The position numbers and the translations under genes were made by a program. DNA of 64,000 nt from NCBI GenBank assembly GCA_965644295.1, contig CBFFRP010000565.1, positions 1-64,000 of the forward strand, read 5' to 3'. The notes beneath the pieces are model-generated. The model did not search any database. It was given only the letters and a program-made list of their open reading frames with translations, and was not told the DNA's origin. The stretch comes from Paraphysomonas bandaiensis (taxonomy: Eukaryota; Protista; Chrysophyceae). Shown here in pieces: positions 24,544-38,000 of the stretch (its first letter is position 1; the number at the start of each line of letters is the position of its first letter).

Positions 24544-27500
24544 TTAATATCTACCCAGAGATCGTCTACCTGATGATCTCATTGATGATCCCGACGGCTT
24601 CTCAAAACCAAGTAAATCCAAAAATTCGCTGTAGTCGAATCGGCCATCTCCACTACGATCAAACTTGAGGAATATCTCTCTGACTTCATCTAGAGTAAGA
24701 TCAATTTTCAGGTGCCGCATTGCTTGCTTAAATTCCCGCTTATCAATGTAATGGTTGTTATCGGTATCGGCCTCTTCAAAGGCCTCCTTAACCCGACGGC
24801 CAGCGCTTCTGCCGCCTCCAAAGCTCTCCTCAAGACGATTACGAATTGTCTTAACCACTCCACTAATGTCCACTGAACCCTGCCTATCTAATGAGCGTCT
24901 CGGAGACCGACTACCGCCACTACCAAGATCAAGTAAATCCAAAAATTCGCTGTAGTCGAACCGACCATCTCCACTACGATCAAACTTGAGGAATATCTCT
25001 CTGACTTCATCTAGAGTAAGATCAATTTTCAGGTGCCGCATTGCTTGCTTAAATTCCCGCTTATCAATGTAATGGTTGTTATCGGTATCGGCCTCTTCAA
25101 AGGCCTCCTTGACCCGACGGCCAGCAATTCTGCCGCCTCCAAAGCTCTCCTCAAGACGATTACGAATTGTCTTAACCACTCCACTAATGTCCACTGAACC
25201 CTGCCTATCTAATGAGCGTCTCGGAGACCGACTACCACCACTACCAAGATCAAGTAAATCCAAAAATTCGCTGTAGTCGAACCGACCATCTCCACTACGA
25301 TCAAACTTGAGGAATATCTCTCTGACTTCATCTAGAGTAAGATCAATTTTCAGGTGCCGCATTGCTTGCTTAAATTCCCGCTTATCAATGTAATGGTTGT
25401 TATCGGTATCGGCCTCTTCAAAGGCCTCCTTAACCCGACGACCAGCAATTCTGCCGCCTCCAAAGCTCTCCTCAAGACGATTACGAATTGTCTTAACCAC
25501 TCCACTAATGTCCACTGAACCCTGCCTATCTAATGAGCGTCTCGGAGACCGACTACCACCACTACCAAGATCAAGTAAATCCAAAAATTCGCTGTAGTCG
25601 AATCGGCCATCTCCACTACGATCGAACTTGAGGAATATCTCTCTGACTTCATCTAGAGTAAGATCAATTTTCAGGTGCCGCATTGCTTGCTTAAATTCCC
25701 GCTTATCAATGTAATGGTTGTTATCGGTATCGGCCTCTTCAAAGGCCTCCTTAACCCGACGGCCAGCGCTTCTGCCGCCTCCAAAGCTCTCCTCAAGACG
25801 ATTACGAATTGTCTTAACCACTCCACTAATGTCCACTGAACCCTGCCTATCTAATGAGCGTCTCGGAGACCGACTGCCACCATTACTATCCCTGTGTCTC
25901 GGCTTAGATAAAACCCCAACTCCCCCAATTAAATCTACAAAGTCTTTATACCGTAATTTACCAGTATTTTCTATATCAAAGCGCGCGAATATTTGTTGTA
26001 CATCCTCTGGGTTTAAGTCAACCTAAGTAAAGATTAACTAACATAATGTCCACTGTCCTTGACCAGGGTCTTACCTTTAATGCCGCCATCGCATTCCTGA
26101 ACTCTCTCAACGAAAGTCGACCATCGCCATTAACATCAATATCCGCAAATACACTCTTAACGCGTTGAATGGATAGAGATTCTGATCCAAACCGATCTTT
26201 AAGCATCGTTCTTATACGCTCCACCAAATGCTACAGCAAAATTCAGAAAGGCACGACATTGGCACTGAATACATACTGTTACATAATCGTCTTCAGAAAC
26301 CCCGGATGTGCCTCCCGGGGCTAATACCCTAAAAGAATAATTACTATTGAATCACAACACATGTTCAACTATACCGTACAAAGTCCCTAAACCTAATGGA
26401 ACCTCCACGCGATGAAAATCGATAGTTAATTCTCTCCGCTTCGTCTCTTGTAACGTCGATTCCTATACAAATAGTAACCACTTATGAGGATGGGCTTATT
26501 AAGTTTATCAAATAGCATACCTAATTTGCTTAAACCATCCTTTAGTTCATCCAATGACACCTTTCCACTCCCATTGGTATCCATTTGATTAAATATCTAA
26601 ACAGCGTGTCATATAGAGTTATTTACACAACGCATGAAAAACTATCATTATTTGAAAACAAATAATATCACTGTCCACAAACGTCACATACAATATGACG
26701 ACGTACATCTGTAAGTTCTCGCCCGTCTTTCATTCGGCGACTTATCTTTCTTTTCAAGGACTGTAAAATTTCATCGATATCTTCTTCAGCACTGCAAACA
26801 TAATTAATATTTTATTTAGATTTTAGTGCTCACAAGCATACCGAAGTGACGCCTTAAGTGCATCAACAAAAGATGTGTAGTCAATTGTTCTACTCTCCGA
26901 AGCATGACATAAAGAGTCCAATAAGTCACGTTCTATATCTTTAGGAAGGGTGAAACCATATATTCGAAGACAGCTGAGGTTAGAAGTTAGACACAGTCAA
27001 GTCTTAGGAGTGAAATCTTACTCGGCAAAATCAATTTTTTCTATCTGACCATCACTTCTTCTGTCGGCATTGCGGAAATCTTTAAGTAGGCTGTTAAGGC
27101 TTCTAAAGAAGATATTAGATATTCTTAGGTCAGGTAGAAAATACAAACCTTCCTTTGCTTTCAAGTTTGGCAGCCATTTTTGAAAGTTCATCCATGAGGT
27201 AAGGCTTCTTTCTGAAAACACCTGATACTGCATCGCGACTTCTACTCCGGTGAACACTATCATCCTTCTCACGGCTCCGACTGGATGTGCGAGGCTTACC
27301 AGCTAAAAACTTTACCGCACTCTTTACGTTCACACTCCCATCGTCGTAACCAGTAATATCCAAGTAGTCGAATAACTTGGTCAGTTCACGCCGAGAGAGA
27401 GAATCATCAATGGAGGCCAGAGCACTTCGGAAAAATAAAACAAAACTATAAACACACCATATAAATCACCTTATAAATTCCTTTCGACTGACATAGCCGT

Positions 27501-30500
27501 CTCTGTCGCCATCCTCGGCATCCAGTGCAGACCGGAGTGACTGCAAGCACATTGAGGCGGGCACGATCGAATGAATAGTACTACTTATACCTTAGTTCTA
27601 TCCAGATCATCGGCATCCAAATCAAGCTAATAGACAGCAAATCACTGACATACCACTACTCAGTAGAACACATACCGCATTCTGCACAGATTTCAGTATC
27701 CGGGCTAACCCCGGTGGAATTTCGTCCCTCTCATCGTCAGTATAATCCCCACGCCTGGATCCTGAAATGCGGCTCAGCCTAGAGTCCCTTCCACGATCCA
27801 TGCCAAGATCGCGTGGGGATATGTCCAAGAATTCGTCGTCATCATAACGATCTTTTCGCAGCGATTGACGTTTCCTTGGATCAAAATCCATATCCAGCGC
27901 ATCGAAAAAACTCACTTTATCCACCACGCCCCCGGCAAGCAAACTCAATCTGCGCAGCACTGTTCGGGCCTCCGCCCGAGTCATCATTACTCCAACCTTT
28001 CTGCCTCCCCGCATCAGGGCCATGATATCCACCACGCCCTTATCATCCTCATCAAACAGGGCAAATACTTCAGACGGAGTATACCCCGCAGCCACTTTGT
28101 CTTTGACTCGCCTCCTCAGCTGTGACAACAGACGTGTTTCTGCTGCTTCTTGAGACTGCCTCGTAGAACCTTCACGATCGCTGTCACTACCAATATCCAA
28201 CGACTTCCGGGATCTGGATCTCCTTCGACTGACCTCTTCCCCTTCACCGAGGTCACCAGTTAAGAAACGTCCAAAAAGTTCTATATCAAAACGTTGTGCA
28301 TCTTCATTATCAAAGCGAAGCATTAGGCGCATCATATCTGATTCCGACATATCAATATTACAAGACTTCAAAGCTTTGGCAAATTGCTTAAAAGTTATCA
28401 GCCCAGAATCATTGCTGTCTGCATCTGACAGAGCATCGATAACTTCCGCTTCTGCAACATGCGCACGACTGATACTGCGACGAAGCTTCCATATGATATC
28501 ATCATGATGAGGATCGCATACAAACACGACAAAGTGATTGTACCGAATCGTTCGTCCTCCATCTAAACTCATCAAACGGAACAAATCTCTCTCTTGATCT
28601 CCAGATAACTTAATACCTAAATCCTTCACTCCAATAGATAACTCGTCCAAGCTGAAACCAGCATCAAACTTCTTCCGTGCAAAGTGTCTGAAAGGTCGCT
28701 TTAGCTCTCCTGGTGTTAGGTAATCGCAACGCTTTCTAATTTTTGAACGCAAGTTCTCCGCCACTTGCATGATATGCAGCAACTCGGGCGAAGCACTATC
28801 CAGCGTACGAGGGTGCAATTCCTGTAGCATTTTAACAAAGTTGACTCTTCGTGGGTCAGATGCATCTCTGTACGCAGTTTCCAGTATTTCCAGGTCACGA
28901 GCAGAAAACCCAGCACGAAATCGCTCCTGAATAACATCTCTGAAATCGGCTTGTAATATGGAACCAGTGAATTTATCGTCAAAGCTATCCAGTTCGGCCC
29001 GAAAGTCTCTCCCTTTCAATATCAGTGTTTCTAACAGCCATGAAACCTTTTTCGCGCAATCGTCTGGAACTCCCGCAACAATTCTAGATACCTGAGTACC
29101 TGGTCCACCTCCCATACGGGATTCTAAGGCAGCAAGAAATGGGATATACTGTATCCACCCTGATGGGCCAATAGAAAATTTATCTGCAAAGGAATCAAGC
29201 TCGTGGCGCTTCAGACGAATACGAGCTTCCTCGAATATAGTACCAAGATCTTCCTCCCTCACACGCCCCGTCCCCTTTCGATCATAGTATGAAAATGCGT
29301 CGCGAAGGCGGTCTACTCGAGCATCGCTGCGTCGTATTGCTACTTTCACGGCATCAACTATGTCGATATCCGCGGCCCCAGTCTTCACATCCACCTGGTT
29401 CAGCAGTTCAGATATAATGCGGCGATACAGAATAAAATCTCCTGCAACGGCTTTAAATCTATCTGCAAGCTCCATTGCATCTTTCTGTGAAGCACTGGAT
29501 AGGCCTACATCTGACAGAGCGGAGCAAAACTCTCCGCATGTAACCCTTCCAGTTCCTTGCTGATCATAACGACCAAATATACTTTGCAAATCGGTGCCTC
29601 TCTCAATACACTCCTCAAGCATTCGAAGCATTGCTGCGGCGCGCTTCTGAGTTGACACGTGAGTTATTCCAGCCAGTGTAGCTTGGGCATCCACAGAAGC
29701 TTGACGGGTCGAAGGCGCCGCCCAGGACAAAAATTTCTTGTAGTACACACGGCTCGGGTTGTCATGTGAGACAAAGTCCGATGCAATTGATCTCAGTTCG
29801 GAGAAGGTAAATGGAAACCCGGCCTGCTTCGAAGCCCGGATAAATTCGGCTTTAGATACGGTTCCACTTCGAGGTGATTTCCAGTCGTATATTAGATATG
29901 ACTGAGTCAGCTCCTCAAGAGAGGCATCTTTGAAAGCAGCAATATTGAGGAGATACAAATTGGCCTTTTTCTGAAGTTCTGCAGTAGTAAGAGAGAAATA
30001 CAGGGCGGGGTGGAGATCAACAGGAGAAGTCACCCACGAGCAGAAATCTTGAAACGGTATAGCAGTACCACCAATGTTCATTGACGCATACGCTGCCGCC
30101 CTGACCAACTTCGGATAGTTTTGTAAGTCACATTCGGCCAAGAACTCCTCCAGACTCTCCAAGCTAATAGATCCCATACCTTCTTTGTCGATCTTCCTAT
30201 ACCATCTACGAAGGCTGCCTTCTTCTGGTCCCCCACTATTCAGTATTACCGCCTTGAACTTTTCACATAACTCGTCATATGAGCGACTTAGCTCATTGTC
30301 GCGTACAAATTCAACAAAGTTACTATAGTTAACATGTCCTTCAAGTCTCGTCTCAAACAAAGCAAGCATATCGAGAGCCTGCTTGTGGCTAAAGTGACCA
30401 TACCCGATATCAGATAGCACTTTTAACATCTCCTGTCGCGAAAGAAATCCCGTGCCAGCTGTGTCTAGGTTACGGAAATGCAAAATAGAATCGGGTCTCA

Positions 30501-33500
30501 AAACCATCCTTTTCAAATGCTTCACTGCTGGAAGCAATTCTAATGGTTTATAATTACAAAACCGTACGAACGCATTGTAGTCAATGCGAGTGCCATCATT
30601 AGAGTGGTCGAAATAGTCCATAAAGACGCGCAACTCTTCTGGAGGGATCTTCAGAGAATCAAACTGACTCAAGGAAAAGGCGAATTGTTTACGGTTCACA
30701 TAACCAGATTTCTTCGCATCAACTTTGCTAAACACACCTAGAAAGTTTGGCATTGGCTGAACCCCCTGAAAAGACTGAAGAGCCCTTCTCAGGTTTTCCT
30801 CCGCTTGTAGTATCCCGATCTGCTTTGGTGTATGGGTTCCCTGCGGAGCTATTTCAGATTCCCCAGGGCCGTCATCAAATAGTCGGTAGCCTTCACTATT
30901 GCGGTCCAGCGGAGAGTCTTTGAAGTTTTTCCTGGTCACATAACCACGGAATCTACTCTGAAGTTTAGTCGCCGAAGAATCTAGGACATGCTTGTCGTAC
31001 CCAATCCTTGTGTCGGGCTTGTGCAACGACGACTGATGCTCAACGTCTGAATAACCGACATCCTCCAATTGCGATCTCAACCTTTCATTGTCATCATCAG
31101 CACCGTGATCGAGAATATTTTTCCCTATAACTGATTTTGTGTCCCCTCCGGGTGCGTCTCTTTCTGATTCAAGAGAATCATTTTCCTGTCGTGGGGTCGA
31201 TGCAGCGACAAATCCTTTGTTTCGTTGCTCTTTAATTTCAGCCAATTTACGTTCAAATATTTCTTTCTGTACAAGCACGCTCTCGCTGATATTCCCTAGC
31301 CCAGAAGTGGGAACCAATACTTCTCCGGACTCAAATGTTTCGTTCAGTGGATCATCATCTAATCCAATATCCTGTTGTCTAGGTACCCTACTCTTCGCCA
31401 TCTCCTCTTCGTCATCGGGCTCTGGTTCATCAACTAGCTGGAACCCCATCTTCCGGAGACAAGATTTAAATTCTAGCCTTGTGACAAACCCGCGGTCACC
31501 CCACTGATCAGCTTGTTCAAATATTCTTTTCGTATCAACACCGCGAGTCGATAAGTTCTTAGCTTGTAAAATCATCTTTTCTTGCAGGGATGGTGGAATT
31601 CCAGCGACTTCATCCAAGTTTAGCACCGCCATGATTTGATCCACCGTCACAGAGCCATTATCAGATATGTCAATATAACGAAATAGCTGTTCCCATTCAT
31701 TCGGAAGCACATCTATATTTAGACCTAAGAAACAGCGAACAAACAGCTCCTCGTCAATTTTCTCAGAACTCTCTGTGGTGGATTCTATAATCTCGCGAGC
31801 AGAAAATCCATCTTTCTCTGTGATTCTCTTTATATATGCTTGGACATTTTCCATTGCACGTCGCACACTTAGTGGTGGATCCACGAAGCGCAAAAACATA
31901 TTATAGTCCACTATTCCTTCTTTTTCATCCCCAGGAGAGAAGGATGAGATTAAGCACTCCACTTCTAAGGCCGTCAGTGCACGGGGACCGAGCTCACGTT
32001 GTGGGCGGAACTTGTTTTTCCATCTTATTGACAGCCTGATCACACCGGTGTGGTCACTGCTGCTGTTCTTCATTGTGAAGGTGCTGTTCACCGCAATCCC
32101 TTGGGCCAATGGGGCTAATGAGACATTCACTTCGCCCATGAGACCTTCGTCGTCATCATCTCGGGACTCCTCTGCCTTCATATCGATCACACTTAAAACC
32201 AAAGACGACCGTCGCATTAGACGACACTGTTGGTCATTTGTGAGCATTGGAAACGAAAACCTTTCATTGAAAACAGGATCACAGGTGTTCGCTATAGTTC
32301 TTGTGAATTTGTCAGGATGACCGAGGAGCTGGAAGTGCACATAGGGTGTTGGGGCGGTGCCATCATGAGACTTTGGCAAGCCCTTCACATTAAAAACAAC
32401 TACTTCAAGCTCGTTGTACATTCTAGACTCGTCGTCTAAAGAAGCCACTGCAAGAGCGTCGGCGAGTTTAGCCTTCTCGATTTCATTAGTTGTCTCAATT
32501 GCAAGACGTGTAGACCTTTCTTCGATGTACTTGCGCTCGTCGGGATGACGTTCGAGAAACAGACGGTAAAGCTCTGTCAGTGGAAGGGCCAGGCGGATGT
32601 CCACCTGCAAGTCCGCAACAATTTCTCCCGTACGAGGGGAGATCATGTGTTGCTTTTCAAGACGAAGAAGGGGCTTAGCTCGAAGAAGACCCGATAAGGG
32701 ACAAGTACATCGCGCCAACAGAGTAAAATCTCCTTGTGTAGCCTGTACATTACAATATCATCAAATCACATAACGATACGCCTGAGACATACCAGATTCA
32801 GTTCGAAGGTTATGACATCAGTTGCCAGATACCGCAGTAGGAAGTCATCGACTGATATCTTGTAAGTAGCAGCAAAGTCCCATTTAGGATTTGAACCCGG
32901 TAGAATCGATGTAGTTTGCGACTCATAGTCGAAGAAGTCAACAACCACAAATGTCGATGATCCCGGATGAACAATTCCATCTCTAATTGCGGCTCCTTTG
33001 ACCCATACCTCCATCATGTTCTCGTCAGGGTCTATTTCGCCGTTTTTCTCCTCCAGCAGCTCGGATAGGAGCAGGTTCTCGGTGTCCACCTCAGACACTG
33101 TATCGAGAGTATCACCCAAACGTGCATGATTTCCTAACAGATTATCATCTTTCACCGGTTTGCCTTTACCTTTCTTTGCCATGCCATACACCAGCTCTCG
33201 AAGTTGGGCCTCCAAAGAGTGTATCTTATTCAACCGTTTCATTGCCAGCTCTTCAAAATCTTCAGCTTTCTGCTCTAAATCTCTCTTGTCCTTGTCCCTT
33301 TTAAGAACTAAACTTTCAAGTTCTTTGTGCAAATCCCGATTAATGTTAGTTTGCAATCGTAACATGTTCTCAAGTCGTTCAACTTCTTTGGTCAGATTCA
33401 GATTCACCATCTGGATCTCCTGAGCTTTCTTGCTTAGCGCAGAGGGGGTAATATCTTGGAAGCCATCAGCGTCTTCCAGGAAGTCCAGCTTTCCGATCGC

Positions 33501-35094
33501 CTCACTTCTTCGCTTTACGACTGTCAGCGCCCGCTCAAGATCTTCAATGTTTACTCCATCTTCACCAGAATACAGGCGCAGTTTGTCCTGAAGTAGGTTT
33601 GTACCTGCTTCCAGTTCGCTATACTTTGCTCGTAGCTCGTCGCAGAGTTTTTCAGCTTCCTCCTTCTCTTCCCGCAGCTTCGCGGCCTGTTGCTTCAAAG
33701 ACATCAGTGCAGAATATTGTGTTTTCACGGCCTCCTGAAGATGGTCCACTTTCGCAACATAATCTTGCCTCTCTAAGAGAACTTTCTCAAACTCCATTCG
33801 CGCTTCGTGTTGACCAAATGCGTCACTTATAAATGGGGCTTCACACAGACGAGAAATTTTATCTTCCAGAGCTCGATTCGCTTGTCTTAATTCAATAACT
33901 GTCTCCTCCAAGTCCTCCACGCGAGCGGCCTTGATATCAGTAAGTTCTTTGTCGTGTCGAAGAGCCTCGAGCGCACTACGTAACTCACGAACGCGTTTAG
34001 TTTGTTCCTGTAAAATAATGGTCAATAACCCAGTTGATTAGCCGATTATTGAAAAAACGTTGGACAACATTCTTACCTCGAGTTGTTCTTCAGCTAACTT
34101 AAATGCCTCCATTTGGGCAGTAGATTTAGATGTTGCGTGATTATACTGGGTCTCCATCTGTTGGAGACGCCACTTGGTGTCGCGTAGCTGCGTAGCAAGG
34201 TCTTCGTTACCCCCAGAAACCTACCGCAATATTACAGTGGTCAGATTAAGGCCCAAAAGCAAACCAATATTTACAGTCACTGTGTTAACAAGGGTTTACC
34301 GGTAAGGCGCCCGATATCTTCATGTTTCCCTCACGCAGACGGGCATTGTCTGCTTGTGCAGAAGCCAATTGTTGTTCGGCAACTTCGAGTCTATAATTAC
34401 AAAAGAAAATTAATTATACTATTGATAATATTAACGTCATACCGAGCCTTATAGCTCTTGGCTAGTTCTAGGAGATTGGTATTTGTCGTTGCATTTTCAT
34501 CAGCCTTTGACGATTCCTGTTGTGGTTGCTGTTGGCGTGAAGTGCGGGCGGGGACGATATCAACCTCAACGGGAGCACTCTTCGGTCTTGGTTCTCGAGC
34601 TCCTCCAGTACGGTTGGGGTTCTTACGTTTGAAATCATTTAACTGCCGCTCCAGAGTACTAATTTGTTTCTTGCGCTTGTCTAAAAGCTCAGCCATATGT
34701 TTGTTCTTTTTGGTCAGCTCAGAGTTTTGGCCTTCAAGCTTATTTATCTGTTCATATAAGTTCGCTATCAAATTCTCTTCTTCCAGATTGCGGGCAAGTG
34801 CTTTCCCATCTAAACAATAATTGAATATTTATGAGGGGCAGGACATATAATCAGACCTCCTTTTTGTTGACGCTCCAGCACTGCGAATGAGCGTTCGATC
34901 TTTCGAGTTTTGACATGCAGCCTACGCAATGTATATTAAATTAACTCGACATGAAATCTTTGTTACATTTTAATGTGCTCCTCTTGCTCATTGCACAGCT
35001 GCTTCTGAGCGATAAATTTCTCTTGTAGCCTCTTGTATTCATCCTCCCAATTTTTCTCAGGCTCTGCTTCGCGTCCTCTTCGAACAGTTGACAT
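24544..35094 (-). CDS. RPGRIP1L: RPGRIP1L/fantom-like ciliary transition-zone protein (coiled coil + two C2 domains) fused to an IQ motif and many EF-hands; roughly 3,200 aa, multi-exon
   Basis: Coiled coil ending IHSLEAQLRELVYG; C2-N with TFVVVDFFDYESQTT..PKWDFAATYKISVDDFLLRYL; second C2 (PTPYVHFQL..DPVFNERFSF); IQ motif ATKLQSRFRGYVTRK; numerous DxDxDG loops. ATG at 35094; ORFs joined by short GT-AG introns (e.g. 34922-34966, 34810-34856, 32743-32792, 27627-27675). Confidence 0.85.
24611..25881 (-). repeat. Four tandem 321-bp coding repeats (107 aa, one EF-hand pair each)
   Basis: Units begin at 24611, 24932, 25253 and 25574 and differ at only a few nucleotides; the 321-nt period also shows in the antisense ORF starts 24755/25076/25397/25718. 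Confidence 0.97.
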
Positions 35095-35458
35095 GCTTCT
35101 CTGATACAGATCCTCAGATTTCACGCCATTCGGAGTTTAATAGATGAGCTATACGGGATGGCGCCGTCTGATTATCTTGTTGAGAGGCTCAATAAAATCA
35201 TTGTCGAATTCAAATACTCAATCCTCACACTTCTTTCCTCCCAACCGGTTTTGAATTTTTTTAGCCGAAAGTGTAACCCGTATATAACTTGTAGCCCGTA
35301 TATTCTCACGACAGAAAAACGGTTCGTATGGTATACAGAGAGTGTATCTGTTGTATTCCAGGTATTCTCCGTTCAGTGCCAGCAGTCCCTCTGCAGGTAT
35401 GTATATGCGTAGCAGTTTTTTCATTATTGACCCTCATGTCATGAGATGGAATAGATTT

Positions 35459-35493
35459 AGTTAAGTTGTCAAACACCACAAGTTAAGTTGTCA
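35459..35493. promoter_or_regulatory. Duplicated 13-mer in the shared upstream region of a divergent gene pair
   Basis: AGTTAAGTTGTCA occurs twice, about 21 nt apart and ~75-110 nt upstream of the ATG at 35567; function not shown. Confidence 0.3.
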
Positions 35494-35566
35494 GTAAATC
35501 ACTCTGTGCTTGGAGTTATTATTTGATAGTCCACAGGGCACTTAGATTGGTACTACTAATTGCATA

Positions 35567-37225
35567 ATGTCCTTCACTGTGGAGCCTTGTGTCAAAGACG
35601 GATCGTCGGATAGTTTATTTAAATTGGACTCTGGGATGCAGGATGTATCTCACGGAACTAGTGATATGGATTTTGCACATACTGTGTCCTATATATCTCG
35701 TGGAAACTTTATTCCTGAAAAGAAGCAGTATCCATCCTTCAAAAAAACTTTTTGGGAGGAGCCTATGTATAACCCTCCTCTCGCTACTGCGTCTCAAGAC
35801 CATGCTTATGAAGCCTATATTAAAGAACAAGACTCGTATTGGAAGAGAAAAGGGAAAATTTTTGACACTCAGAAGAGGTTGGTTCCACCAAAGCCTGCTA
35901 ATGAACGTGGGCCGGTGAAAGCTCCGCAGTATCCGCACTTCTTCGAGAAAGGAGAAAAGTATTTTGGAAGGAAGCGTAAAATATTACCTTACCTTCGTGC
36001 TCAACTATATACAAGACCGATAGAGAGGTGTGATCCAGAGGCTAGAAACGAGGTTAAACACTGTATTTATTGCCATTCTGCCTGATACGTCTCTGTTATT
36101 AGGTTTGCCGACGGTCTAACAAAGTTTTAGTGGGCCCAGGCACTTATGATGTGGGTGACTACTGGAACCCAAAGTCATACAGCACAGTCGGGCCTCCAGT
36201 AAGGTATTGTGGGCAGACATTGTCATACAACTCTAATTTGAATCAGGCCTTCTTCATTTATGGAGACGAAGTCAAAGCGCGACTTACACGACTTCTATGG
36301 AATACGGAGCAAGGAATACAACAAGAGTCCTCCCGTCTCGTCGGCTCCAACTTGCCACACTCAGTCGTTGTTTCCGACATCTTCTGCTAGTATGACGCAC
36401 TCACCTTCAGATATGCCAAAAGGAATTGGACCTCTGCCTTCTACACCAGTTGATCGAAACAAGCGACGTACGCACTCCGCTGGAGAAGCTCGTCCACGTA
36501 GTCCGGGGATGGTATTTAACAAGTCTTCACTTGAACCTTGCGGGCTCAGCGCAGACGTTCATTTTGTTCGGATGAAGCAATCGAATGGCTCGAATTTTAT
36601 TGTACCAGTACGTGTTTCATTTAGATACTTGTTTTGATGACACTCTAATTATACCCCGCATCAGGTTTCTAAACGAGATGAGGAAAAACTGCAGTGTATA
36701 CACGATGCTAAACCAATAGACACGTGGGCGCAGCCGAACACACCTAAGAAAGATTTGGTCGTGGCTTCTTCTCCTGCGCCTGGTGTATATGCGAACAAGT
36801 GGTCCTTTAATGAGTCAAGTGCTGTTGATGTGACGGATTCTTCAGAACAACCAGTGAACTCACCAGTAGTATCAGAAGGTGCAGCGAGCCGGCAAGCCAG
36901 GTCTAAAGGAGCCACGGTAACTGGAAGGCTACCGACTCCGAATTTTTCCCGAAATAGCACTAAAGAGCACACGGGTCCCAGTGTGCCAACACGAACCCTT
37001 TCATATGAGCAGCTTCGTAATGAGAAAAAGTTCGCGAGCTTCGTTAACCCTAACCCTAAAGTTCCTACGAAAGTTTCACTGTGTGTTTCCGAAAGAGCCG
37101 TAGTTTCCCCTGGTAATAAGACTTCTCTTGATGTTGCAGGAGAAGATAGAGATGACATCATAAGCAAAGCATCACAGCGTTCTTTGGATATATTAATGAA
37201 TTTTGAACTCGGAGAAGGGCATTAG
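35567..37225 (+). CDS. Hypothetical protein with PG-rich (SHIPPO/ODF3-like) motifs, ~502 aa, 4 exons
   Basis: Exons 35567-36052, 36103-36203, 36247-36607, 36665-37225 join in frame through GT-AG introns of 50, 43 and 57 nt; motifs VGPGTYDV and SPAPGVY. Confidence 0.7.
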
Positions 37226-37879
37226 CGTTGGGTAAACATGTGGTGTATATGTATGTTCATGTCTATACAATATGTAACGCGTCAGATTAAGTTGTTAGTA
37301 TTGATGTATGGATGTCAGCAGCCATTGTTGGTGACATTTCGAGGTACAGGATGTTTATGTCTATATGTGAATATGTAAATAATATTAATACATGTCTTTT
37401 CCTTTTAACATTATTTGACTTAGTTAAAAATATATTGTGAATAGAAGACGGTACTGTTGTTATAATTCTACACAACCTATGGCACGCACCTTATATATAT
37501 AACTTAATAGGCTTCCCACTTAGTTCATGTAAAATATAATTATATACTACATTCTATATATTGTTGTCTAGTTGTAAATCCGGTATACCTTTTCAGACAT
37601 AGCCATAAGTTCGACCCATTGAATCTTATACTATTTTATACAGTCAGTATTCATTTACATACTACGTTTAGTTTTAAACATATCATTAGTGTTTACGTGC
37701 AGTACAAGTAATACTATTCACTTGAACATTATCAGTTACTAATAACTGCGCTATTTTCATGAATGTAGAAATTTTCTCGAAACATATCTAGTTTGATAGT
37801 TTGTAGCATGACCAGTACATCAATACTACTGATACTACATTTATTGTAATTAGCTAGTGCCGTGTGTAATTGTATATAG

Positions 37880-38000
37880 CAGAGCTAGGGAACAATATAT
37901 TGCAACATATTATGAACTAGCTTGGTAGCAACGGCATTGATGAAATTTTTTGCCCCTCGATCAATAAATATAGTTTACTATGTATTCTTCCCTGGCCCAG
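37880..38000. mobile_element. Minimal hAT-family MITE (121 bp)
   Basis: Left end CAGAGCTAGGGAACAATATATTG and right end TATTCTTCCCTGGCCCAG match the TIRs of the 52536-53334 element; flanks GTATATAG/GTATGTAG form an 8-bp TSD with 1 mismatch. Confidence 0.75.

Noticed and set aside
24611-25881. Regularly spaced repeats as a possible CRISPR-like array
   Set aside because: No unique spacers; the units are contiguous, in frame and protein coding, in a eukaryotic gene
24755-26026. Four repeated + strand ORFs (MLSVSASSKAS...)
   Set aside because: Antisense shadows of the 321-bp EF-hand repeats
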